Part shown: positions 1 through 7,496 of the stretch, in pieces
Numbering within the stretch: the stretch's first letter is position 1
How the letters are laid out: every line of letters starts with the position of its first letter
Origin: a virus
Lineage: Duplodnaviria; Caudoviricetes
Virus record (IMG/VR): IMGVR_UViG_3300033493_000013
Span: 1 to 28,015 of that record
Direction: 5' to 3' (one strand)
DNA: 28,015 bases
The notes under the pieces: generated by a model
What the model was told of the DNA's origin: nothing
Database searches by the model: none
What the model saw: the letters and a program-made list of their open reading frames with translations, nothing else
Made by a program: the position numbers and the translations under genes

Positions 1-30
1 TTGACCAAAGTATAAGTTTGCTTGTATTCT
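1..30 (+). promoter_or_regulatory. pR-like sigma70 promoter with overlapping operator-like dyad
   Basis: TTGACC (1-6), 18 nt spacer, TATTCT (25-30); imperfect inverted repeat TATAAG-TTTG-CTTGTA (11-26) between the hexamers; immediately upstream of the cro-like gene. Confidence 0.6.
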
Positions 31-39
31 CGATTCACC

Positions 40-312
40 ATGTCGACCTCAGCGCTATCAAAAGCCATTGATATTCTCGGCGGCCAAGCCGCCACGGCCC
101 GCCTTTTGTCCAAGTCGAGGCCCGAGAGAAAGCCCCTGAAACAAGCCCATATATGGGGCTGGCTGAACAGCCCAAACCCGGACCTGATGCCGCCGGCTGA
201 GTATTGCCCAGACATCGAGCGCGAGACCGCCAAGAAGGACGCGCGGGTGTCATGCGAGGAGCTTCGGCCCGATGTGGACTGGGCGGTTGTTCGATCGGGC
301 GAGGCCGCATGA
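40..312 (+). CDS. Cro/YdaS-family HTH transcriptional regulator
   Basis: ALSKAIDILGGQAATARLL...QAHIWGWLN...PPAEYCPDIE...VSCEELRPDVDW is the typical YdaS/Cro pattern; ATG 40 preferred to TTG 22, which lies inside the promoter. Confidence 0.9.
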   Translation: MSTSALSKAIDILGGQAATARLLSKSRPERKPLKQAHIWGWLNSPNPDLMPPAEYCPDIERETAKKDARVSCEELRPDVDWAVVRSGEAA

Positions 313-330
313 TGGCGCTCGAAGAAAACA

Positions 331-636
331 TCATCGCGTCGCTGCGGGCCCGTGGCCCTTCTGTTCGCGCATATTTGCCGCCGCAAGAATCGGCTCGGAC
401 AGCAGGTCGATCGCGTCGCGCACGTCTTGCTGGTATTGCGCGTCGTGGCCGCGAGTGTCCATGTGTTCGCTGCTGGTGTCGTAGACGGCTAGCAGCAGTT
501 TGCGCACGACGGCAGGGTCAAAGTCGATGAGCGGCAGCATGGCCCTGCATATTTGCAGCAGCGCGACATGCTCGGCCGCTAGGGCGCGGTGGGCGTCTTC
601 CAAACTGTCTAGCCGTGTTGTTATGTCCAGTTCCAT
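331..636 (-). CDS. Hypothetical 101-aa helical protein, antisense to the early operon
   Basis: Strong SD AAGGAGGT (complement of 641-648) just before the ATG at 636; protein-like composition MELDITTRLDSLEDAHRALAAEH... Confidence 0.7.
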   Translation of the reverse strand: MELDITTRLDSLEDAHRALAAEHVALLQICRAMLPLIDFDPAVVRKLLLAVYDTSSEHMDTRGHDAQYQQDVRDAIDLLSEPILAAANMREQKGHGPAATR

Positions 637-670
637 CTGTACCTCCTTGGGCGGCGCGATGCCGCTCTTT

Positions 671-700
671 GCCCGGCCCGCGTGGCCGGGCCTTTTGTTT
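671..700 (+). terminator. Rho-independent terminator (tR1-position)
   Basis: GCCCGGCC-cgcgt-GGCCGGGC followed by CTTTTGTTT. Confidence 0.65.
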
Positions 701-785
701 AGTGGACCGCTGGCGGGTCGGTATAAACCTGCTGACTTCTCCTCGAGTGCCGGCAGTGCCGGCTTGCCCAAGGCCGCTTTGGCCT

Positions 786-814
786 CCCGCGCTCCCTTCG
801 CGGGTCTTCTTTTT
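786..814 (+). terminator. Second putative intrinsic terminator before cII
   Basis: CCCGCG-ctccctt-CGCGGG followed by TCTTCTTTTT. Confidence 0.5.
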
Positions 815-906
815 CGTTTGAGTGGCGAGGTGGTCGCCGCTCTCCATGGTTTTTATTTTGGACGACTATGCCGGGCCGCGCTCGGTGAAACATTGGGGGC
901 AACACC

Positions 907-1413
907 ATGAACCACGATGAGATGGTGGTCGATCCGCTCGACCAGGCGATCTACGACACGGTGCATCGTTACACGAATCCGAACACCGGCAAGAAGGGTG
1001 CTGTCGGCTTGGCGCCGGTGGTGGATATGCCGGCCTCGACCTTGCAGAACAAGGCCAACCCGTTCGAGCAGTTCGCCCACCTGACGGTGCGCGAGGCGCG
1101 CAAGGTGATGCTGGCTGCCGGCGACAACCGCATCTTGCACCAGTTGGCGGCGGATGTCGGCGAGGCCTGCGTGCCGCTGCCAACGCTCAAGTTCGCGGCC
1201 GACATGGATCTGCTGGATTCCTGGGCCGAGTGGCAGCAAGATGTGGCGAAGACGATCGAGGCGGTGCGCGACGCGCTGGCCGACCAGAAGATCACCCAGG
1301 CCGAAGTGGCCAGCGTGCGCCTGGAGCTGATCAAGGATTTCGAGAAGGGGCTGGCGATGCTGGACGTGCTGAAGGGCATGGCCGAGCCGGATGATGTGAC
1401 TGTGGTAGGCTAG
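907..1413 (+). CDS. Phage regulatory CII-family protein
   Basis: GAVGLAPVVDMPASTLQNKANP...HLTVREA...GDNRILHQLA...ALADQKITQAE pattern; position between cro and replication genes. Confidence 0.8.
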   Translation: MNHDEMVVDPLDQAIYDTVHRYTNPNTGKKGAVGLAPVVDMPASTLQNKANPFEQFAHLTVREARKVMLAAGDNRILHQLAADVGEACVPLPTLKFAADMDLLDSWAEWQQDVAKTIEAVRDALADQKITQAEVASVRLELIKDFEKGLAMLDVLKGMAEPDDVTVVG

Positions 1414-1418
1414 CATCG

Positions 1419-2363
1419 GTGGCATACGTCAAGGTCACTGATGCCGAATTCGCGGCCCTGTATGGGTTGCCCATGCTTGCTTGCGTGCTTTACTTCAATT
1501 TGCTGCGGCGCATGGATTTCTCAACGCGCATGGTCGGCGGCAAGGTGGCTGTGAGCTGGTGGGCGCTGCGCGAGGATCTGCACGTCGACCATGCCCGCGG
1601 ACGGCACCGAGACGTTGCCGGCACGCCGACGGAAAAGGCGGTGCGCAATGCGGCGGAATCGTTGATCGACCGCGGGCTGGTGGTCGATCGAGGCGGCGGC
1701 CAGCGCCTGCTTTTTTTCTTGCCAATGGCGGCATCCGGTAAGGTTCGTCCAAATGATGAGGGGAGGACGTACGGCAGGCATGAGGGGCAGGATGAGGGGC
1801 AGGATGAGGGGCAGGCGCAAAGCCAAGCGGCACAAGGAATGCGACCCCATGAGGGGAGGCATGAGGGGCAGGATGAGGGGAGGGGGGTAAATGCCGATGA
1901 GGGGCACACATCAAGTTTCACAGTACTAAGTAACTCTATACCTAGATCATCTTCCGTAGGATTAGGGACGCCTGGCGACGATGCCGGGCCCGACCTCTCG
2001 GATATTCCCAACCCGCCCACCGAGCCCGGTCAGTGGATGACGTGGTTCAACCGGGTGCATGACACCGGGTACAGCGCAAGCAATGTGCGAGACCGCAAGG
2101 CCCTGTGGGCGGTCTTCAAAAGGTGGATTGCGGGAGGCCTGACCTTCGAACAGGTCGGCCTGGCCGTTCTGCGGGCGCAGGAAACGGCGCGCGGCCCGAT
2201 CTCTAACCTTGCCCTGTACGTCGACAGTGTGCTTGCCACCATCCAGGCCGAGGCGGCTGGCAAGGGCGTGGGCAAGAGCGAGCGGCGCAAGCAAGCCTAT
2301 CGGGCCCTAACTGGCAGCTCTGAGCGAGGGGTGATCGATGCAACTGCCATCCGAGTGGATTGA
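1419..2363 (+). CDS. Replication initiator (lambda O-like) containing the origin
   Basis: N-terminal wHTH-like region, central EGQD/EGRH repeats encoded by iterons, position after cII. Confidence 0.75.
   Translation: MAYVKVTDAEFAALYGLPMLACVLYFNLLRRMDFSTRMVGGKVAVSWWALREDLHVDHARGRHRDVAGTPTEKAVRNAAESLIDRGLVVDRGGGQRLLFFLPMAASGKVRPNDEGRTYGRHEGQDEGQDEGQAQSQAAQGMRPHEGRHEGQDEGRGVNADEGHTSSFTVLSNSIPRSSSVGLGTPGDDAGPDLSDIPNPPTEPGQWMTWFNRVHDTGYSASNVRDRKALWAVFKRWIAGGLTFEQVGLAVLRAQETARGPISNLALYVDSVLATIQAEAAGKGVGKSERRKQAYRALTGSSERGVIDATAIRVD
1756..1953. repeat. Replication origin: 8 ATGAGGGG iterons plus AT-richer tract
   Basis: ATGAGGGG at 1756, 1780, 1792, 1804, 1849, 1861, 1873, 1897; AT-richer stretch ~1907-1953 directly after. 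Confidence 0.75.
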
Positions 2364-2901
2364 GCGCATCTTTCTGCGCATGACCGGCATGTATGGCGGC
2401 CGGTTCCTCGATATGTGGAAGGACGTTGACCCCGCCGTGGTCAAGCAGACCTGGGCGGAGGGCTTGGCTGGCTACAGCGGCACTGAGATTCAGCGCGGTC
2501 TGGAGGCCTGCAAGCAGCGGGCGAACTTTCCGCCGACGCTGCCGGAGTTCTGCAAGATGTGCCGCTCTGAGGCCGATACGGCTCACGCAGAGAGCTTGTT
2601 CGTTTTTGCGCAGCACGCCATCCACTTGGGCGACTGGCAGGGTAACAGGCTGGCCTACTGGACGACGCAATTCGTTGGCGCGGCCGATGTGCGCAACAAC
2701 CCGTGGATATACATCAAGTCGCGCTGGGTCAAGACGCTTAACGACTGCTTGGCGGAGACGGTGCTGCCCGAGATACCGCCACCGCGCGCGGCGCTGCCGG
2801 CGCCTGGCACCACGCACAGCAAGGATGTGGCCAACCATCACCTAGCGCTTATCAGGGAGAGGTTGGGTATGCTCGATGGCAAGCCGGCGAGGTCGGCATG
2901 A
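2338..2901 (+). CDS. Replication protein P-like (putative helicase loader)
   Basis: IERIFLRMTGMYGGRFLDMW...WAEGLAG...IQRGLEAC...FPPTLPEFCKMC motif; overlaps the end of the O-like gene. Confidence 0.7.
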   Translation: MQLPSEWIERIFLRMTGMYGGRFLDMWKDVDPAVVKQTWAEGLAGYSGTEIQRGLEACKQRANFPPTLPEFCKMCRSEADTAHAESLFVFAQHAIHLGDWQGNRLAYWTTQFVGAADVRNNPWIYIKSRWVKTLNDCLAETVLPEIPPPRAALPAPGTTHSKDVANHHLALIRERLGMLDGKPARSA

Positions 2902-3497
2902 CCACGATCAGCGTGCGCAACAATTTTCCAGAGATCGCGGCGAAGCTCGACAGGCTGCCGGACAGTGTTGCCAATAGAGCGGTCGCACGTTCGCTCGACG
3001 CCAGCATCAAGCAGGGCGGGACAGCCATGGCCAGACAGATCAGCCAGGAATTCCGCATCAAGGTTGGAGACGTCAAGGAGCGGCTGGCCTTCGCGCGTGC
3101 AAGCAGCAAGGGTCAGCTCAAGCTGCAGGCGATTCTGTTAGCAACCAGCATGCGCAAGCATAGGTCGATGAACCTGATTCACTTCGTGACCAACCAGCCG
3201 AAGCGGTACAAGAGTGGCAAGCTAGGCCAGCTCAAGTTCCAGGTGAAGCGCAGCGGTGGCAAGAAGACGATACCCGGTGCGTTCGTCGCCACCAATCAGA
3301 TTACCGGTGGCACGGCAGTGTTCATTCGGAAGGGAAAGTATCGCTATCCGATCAAGACCCTGATGACGCTCGACGTTCCGCAGATGTTCAACACCAAGCG
3401 GATCAACAGCGTGGTGCGTCAGGTGATCATCGTCAAGTTCAGGGGCAACTTCAAGCGAGAGCTGCGCTCGGTTCTGGGTGGGTGGGCAAAGCGATGA
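2898..3497 (+). CDS. Lambda gpZ-like minor tail / tail completion protein
   Basis: Basic protein with the ANRAVARSLD..IKQGGTAMARQISQEFRIK..VKER and TIPGAF...VFIRKGKYRYPIK pattern; no Z-like gene in the tail cluster. Confidence 0.65.
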   Translation: MTTISVRNNFPEIAAKLDRLPDSVANRAVARSLDASIKQGGTAMARQISQEFRIKVGDVKERLAFARASSKGQLKLQAILLATSMRKHRSMNLIHFVTNQPKRYKSGKLGQLKFQVKRSGGKKTIPGAFVATNQITGGTAVFIRKGKYRYPIKTLMTLDVPQMFNTKRINSVVRQVIIVKFRGNFKRELRSVLGGWAKR

Positions 3498-3517
3498 AGG
3501 AATCCCTGACCAGGCTC

Positions 3518-3569
3518 ACGGGTCCTTCCTACCAGATTCCCACACGGCACGAAACGACCGCGGGTTTTC
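3518..3569 (+). other. Lambda-type cos site (cosQ + cosN); predicted 12-nt cohesive end GCACGAAACGAC at 3547-3558
   Basis: ACGGGTCCTT (cosQ GGGTCCT at 3520-3526) then ACG|12 nt|CGCGGGTTTTC, same flanks as lambda ACG|GGGCGGCGACCT|CGCGGGTTTTC; directly upstream of the small terminase. Confidence 0.75.
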
Positions 3570-3601
3570 TCCAGTTTTTTGAGTGCTTAGGAGGTAAGTA
3601 A

Positions 3602-4075
3602 GTGGCACGCATTGTAGGACAGGAGAGGATCGCGGACATCATCGGGGTGGCTCCAAAGACCATCGTGGAGTGGCAGGAACAGGGCTTCCCGGTCGCGGTG
3701 CGAGGTGGTCCTGGCGTGCCGAGTGAGTACGAGTCCGAGATGTGCATCAACTGGCTGATCGAGCGCGAGGTAAAGAAGGTCCAGTCGGAGAAGCCGCAAG
3801 ACCGCCTTGCCCGGGTGCAGGCCGACAAGATCGAGATGGAGAACGCCGAGCGGCGCGGCCTGTTGATCCCCGCCGAGCTGTTGGAGCCCAAGCTCAAGGC
3901 GGCATTCGTAACGGCTCGCACGAAATGGCTGGAGGCAGTGTCGCGCCTGGCGCGCGAGTTGCCCGCCGATCCGGCCGAGCGCGAGGCTGCGTTGCAGATC
4001 GAGTTCGAGGCGTTTCTTTCTGTCCTGGCAGACTGGGCCAAGGCTGGCGAGACCGAAGAGGATGAGAGCGAGTGA
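3602..4075 (+). CDS. Terminase small subunit (Nu1-like)
   Basis: wHTH VGQERIADIIGVAPKTIVEWQEQGFP..., RLARVQADKIEMENA..RGLLIP; SD GGAGGT at 3590-3595. Confidence 0.9.
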   Translation: MARIVGQERIADIIGVAPKTIVEWQEQGFPVAVRGGPGVPSEYESEMCINWLIEREVKKVQSEKPQDRLARVQADKIEMENAERRGLLIPAELLEPKLKAAFVTARTKWLEAVSRLARELPADPAEREAALQIEFEAFLSVLADWAKAGETEEDESE

Positions 4076-6273
4076 ACACGCTGGCCGAGGCCTCGCATTT
4101 CATCTGGGCCGAGCATGCGCTCGATTCGATGCTGGCCAGGGTGTTCGCGCAGCTGAGACCGCGCCCGCCGCTGACACCATTGGCCTGGGTGGAAAAGTAC
4201 CGCTATCTCTCGGCCGAAGAGAACCCGGACTATGCCGGCAAGTTTTCCACCGAGAACATCCCGGCCCTGCGCGGCGTGCTGGCGGCTGCCGGCGACCCTA
4301 GTGTGCGGCGCATCGTTGGGCAGAAGTCGGCGCAGATAGCGTGGACGGCGGGGGTGGTCTGCACGGTTCTTGGCTATCATGCGCACTGGCAGCCATGCGT
4401 CCAGGTGGTGATGTTCCCGCGCGAGAAGTCGGCCAAGGATTTTGATGCGGAGAAGTTCGCGCCAATGGTGCGTGCCACGCCTGCGCTGGCCAGGCTGATC
4501 AGGCTGAAAAGTCGGAGTGACGGCAACAGCACCACCCGCAAGCATTACCCCGGCGGGCTGATAAAGTTCGTGGCCTCAAACTCGCCGTCGGATGTGAAGT
4601 CGACCAGCGCAAAGGTGCGCATCGTCGAAGAACCGGACGATGTGAACAAGGACGTGAAGGGACAGGGCAACACCATCGCCCTGCTCCGCGAGCGCGGCAA
4701 GACCATCCGCAACACTCTGGAGATCATCGGCGGCACGCCCACTGCGAAGGGGGCCTCCGAGGTTGAGAAGGAAATGTCCACTACCGACCAGCGGCGCTTC
4801 ATGGTGCCGTGCCCGCATTGTGGTGAGCGGCACGATCTGGCCTGGTCGAGTGTGGTCATTCCAGGCCTGCACCTGTCGGATGAGGATTTACGCGCCGAGG
4901 ATCTGGATGTGCGCTGGCCGGTGCGCGAGGTGTATGGCAGAGCGCGATGGGAGGATGCGCGCTACTACTGCCCGCATTGCGGCGAGGCCTGGACCGACGA
5001 AGAGCGCGTGGTCGCCATTCGCGCTGCCGCATCGGTGCCGCCGAACTACGGCTGGGAGCCGACGGCAGAAAGTCAGGACCGTGGCTTCTACTTCAACGAG
5101 CTGCAGAGCATTTTCGAGGGGTCGTATGTCCCCGTCTTGGCCGAGAAATTCTTGCGGGCTCAATACGAGCTCGACCGCGGCGAGCCGGAGAAAATGGTCG
5201 CCTTCTGGAACAGCAGCCTCGGCCTGCCGTGGGAGTACAAGGGCGAGCTGCCGGAAGAGGACGAGCTCGCTGCCAGGGCCGAGAAGTACACGGAGTGGAG
5301 CTGCCCGGCCGGAGGCGTCGTGCCGGTGCTATCGGTCGACGTGCAGCACGATCGCCTGGCCGTCACCTGCTGGGCGATCGGGCGCGGCGAAGAGATGTGG
5401 CTGGCCTTCTGGGGTGAGTTGTACGGGCAGACGGTGGTGGCGCACCAGGGCGCGTGGATCGAGCTGGAGCAGATGCTGGCAAAGACCGTCACCCACGCCA
5501 GCGGCACGCCGCTGCGCATCGGCGCGGTTGGCATCGACTGTTCGGACGGCCAGACCTCCGATGCAGGCTACGCCTTCGTTCGGTCGCATAACCGGATGGA
5601 CCGCCCCGTGCTGGCGCTCAAAGGCGCGAGTGAGACCGAAGGTAAAGTGGAGATATGGACGCCACCCAAGCCGGTAGACCCGAACCACCGTGCCACCAAA
5701 GCCAGCCGCTATGGGGTGCAGATACACATCGTCGGTGCGGCCAAGGCCAAAGACCTGATCCTGGGCTGGGCGCAAGAAGGTGGGCGCGTGCGCCTAGCCG
5801 GTGCTGGGCCTGGCCGCATGCACTGGTACGAGGGCGTGCGCGGTGATTTCTTCGAGCAGTTGCTGGGCGAGATGAAAGTGCCGTCCAGGATGAACCCGCG
5901 CAAGCGCTACTGGAAGGCCAGAACAGACCGTCGCAACGAGGCCCTGGACTGCACGGTCTATGCAGTCTATCTCAGTCGTCACCTGCGCCTGCATCTTCGT
6001 CGGCCAGTGCAGTGGGACCTGGCCGAGATGCGGCTGCGGCAGGGCGACCTGCTGAGTGCTGCTGTGCATGCGCCAGCGCCAGCGCCAGCGCAAGAGGCCG
6101 AGCCGGTCGAGGATGAAGTGCCTGCCACAGAGCACGTACAGACGTCTGCCCAGAATGCTGAGCCGGTGGCTTTGCCAGGTTCCGACGCACCGGACGAAGT
6201 GCGGGCCCGGTTGGCCGCTGCGCACTTCGCCAAGCTGATGCAGCAGAGGAGGGGCGCGCGGCATGGCCGGTGA
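4072..6273 (+). CDS. Terminase large subunit (GpA family)
   Basis: KSAQIAWT Walker A variant, IVEEPD Walker B, GGTPT, two CPHCG motifs, SVDVQHDRL, IDCSDG, RNEALDCTVYA. Confidence 0.95.
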   Translation: MNTLAEASHFIWAEHALDSMLARVFAQLRPRPPLTPLAWVEKYRYLSAEENPDYAGKFSTENIPALRGVLAAAGDPSVRRIVGQKSAQIAWTAGVVCTVLGYHAHWQPCVQVVMFPREKSAKDFDAEKFAPMVRATPALARLIRLKSRSDGNSTTRKHYPGGLIKFVASNSPSDVKSTSAKVRIVEEPDDVNKDVKGQGNTIALLRERGKTIRNTLEIIGGTPTAKGASEVEKEMSTTDQRRFMVPCPHCGERHDLAWSSVVIPGLHLSDEDLRAEDLDVRWPVREVYGRARWEDARYYCPHCGEAWTDEERVVAIRAAASVPPNYGWEPTAESQDRGFYFNELQSIFEGSYVPVLAEKFLRAQYELDRGEPEKMVAFWNSSLGLPWEYKGELPEEDELAARAEKYTEWSCPAGGVVPVLSVDVQHDRLAVTCWAIGRGEEMWLAFWGELYGQTVVAHQGAWIELEQMLAKTVTHASGTPLRIGAVGIDCSDGQTSDAGYAFVRSHNRMDRPVLALKGASETEGKVEIWTPPKPVDPNHRATKASRYGVQIHIVGAAKAKDLILGWAQEGGRVRLAGAGPGRMHWYEGVRGDFFEQLLGEMKVPSRMNPRKRYWKARTDRRNEALDCTVYAVYLSRHLRLHLRRPVQWDLAEMRLRQGDLLSAAVHAPAPAPAQEAEPVEDEVPATEHVQTSAQNAEPVALPGSDAPDEVRARLAAAHFAKLMQQRRGARHGR

Positions 6274-6520
6274 CAACCTGTTTACCATTCTAGCCATGAT
6301 CAAGGCTGAACTGCCGGAGGTGCCAGACGAGGCATGGGAGAAGATCAAGCGCATGCTCGGCCACCGCGCCGGCGGCGAACGGGTGTACATACCGCTACAA
6401 CCAAAGCGGTCGAAGCTGGAGATGCTGGCCGAGGTTGGCGCCAATGCGAGCAATGCCGACTTGGCGAAGAAACTCGGGGTATCGGTGAGCCGAGTCAAGC
6501 AGCTGAAGCGATTGAGATAA
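6263..6520 (+). CDS. Mor/C-like transcription activator
   Basis: GGERVYIP motif followed by C-terminal HTH NADLAKKLGVSVSRVKQL, the layout of Mu Mor/C. Confidence 0.7.
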   Translation: MAGDNLFTILAMIKAELPEVPDEAWEKIKRMLGHRAGGERVYIPLQPKRSKLEMLAEVGANASNADLAKKLGVSVSRVKQLKRLR

Positions 6521-6543
6521 CTTGAGCGTATAGAGGGCGAGCA

Positions 6544-6861
6544 ATGAGGGAACCGAACTACGCGCCGATGTACGCGGCGCTGTACCCAGGATTGGCGAAG
6601 ATCGCCAGGGAACACGGCTACGCACTGGCGGTACATGGTACTCTCGGGCGGGATATGGATTTGATCTGCGTGCCCTGGATCGAAGCGCCGAGCGAACCGG
6701 CTGCGGTGGTAAAGGCGATCACTGCGGAGTACCACATTCGCATAGTCGGTGAGTCTGACACGACGTACCACGGGCGCGAGCGCTGGACGATCAGCATCGG
6801 ATTCGGAGAATGCTTCCTCGACCTGTCGTTCATGCCGAGGACGGCACCAAACCGGTATTGA
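6544..6861 (+). CDS. Phage hypothetical protein with minimal nucleotidyltransferase-like motif
   Basis: SD GAGGG; AREHGYALAVHGTLGRDMDLICVPW contains hG[ST]..DhDh. Confidence 0.7.
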   Translation: MREPNYAPMYAALYPGLAKIAREHGYALAVHGTLGRDMDLICVPWIEAPSEPAAVVKAITAEYHIRIVGESDTTYHGRERWTISIGFGECFLDLSFMPRTAPNRY

Positions 6862-6871
6862 GACCCTGCAT

Positions 6872-6924
6872 GGGTGTAATTTTTTGCCCTACAAATTGCC
6901 CTGCCGCCTCGCCATGCTGGCGGC
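6872..6924 (+). promoter_or_regulatory. Putative activator-dependent late promoter 1
   Basis: AATTTTTTGCCCTACAAATTGCCC, then CATGCT (6913-6918), 6 nt, ATG; motif repeated at 9171. Confidence 0.6.
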
Positions 6925-7494
6925 ATGTCTACTCCGACCAACGAACCCAGCACCCTCCGCGCCGGCGACTCGGTCACCTGGTCGCGCGATCTGCCTGAGT
7001 ATTCCGCGGCCGGTGGCTGGGCGCTGAAATACCGGCTGCTCTACCCGAGCGGCACAGCCAAAGACATCGCCAGCACCGGCTCCGGGTCGGTGCATACGGT
7101 TTCCCTCGGTTCAGCCGTTACCGCCACCTATGTCGCCGGCAATGCCACGCTGGTGGCCTATGTCGAGCGCGGCACGGCGCCCAACATCGAGCGCGCCACG
7201 CTCGAATCCTCGCCTGTCACCATCCTGGCCGATCTCACCACGGCGGCGAATTACGACAGCCGCTCGCAGGCCGCCAAGGCCCTGGCCGATGCCAAGACCG
7301 CACTGGCCGGCTATTCGGCCAGCGGCAAGGTGCACGTGGCCGAATACGACATCGCCGGCCGCGCGATTAAGTTTCGCAGCGCCGACGAGATCAAGGGGCT
7401 GATCGAGTACTACGAAGCCGAGGTCGGCAGAGAGCGCGCAGCGATGGCGCTACTCGAAGGCGGCTCGCCAGGCCGTGTCGTGTCGAGGATGTGA
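6925..7494 (+). CDS. Head-tail joining protein (gpW-like, N-terminally extended)
   Basis: Directly upstream of the portal; C-terminal AEYDIAGRAIKF....IKGLIEYYEAEV resembles gpW-type adaptors. Confidence 0.7.
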   Translation: MSTPTNEPSTLRAGDSVTWSRDLPEYSAAGGWALKYRLLYPSGTAKDIASTGSGSVHTVSLGSAVTATYVAGNATLVAYVERGTAPNIERATLESSPVTILADLTTAANYDSRSQAAKALADAKTALAGYSASGKVHVAEYDIAGRAIKFRSADEIKGLIEYYEAEVGRERAAMALLEGGSPGRVVSRM

Positions 7495-7496
7495 CC

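Noticed and set aside
1756-1904. CRISPR-like or VNTR array
   Set aside because: Units are 8-12 nt with no unique spacers and lie inside the initiator gene; iterons fit better.
6070-6090. GCGCCA tandem repeat in the terminase C-terminus
   Set aside because: Short in-frame Ala-Pro linker in a low-complexity tail; nothing suggests phase variation.
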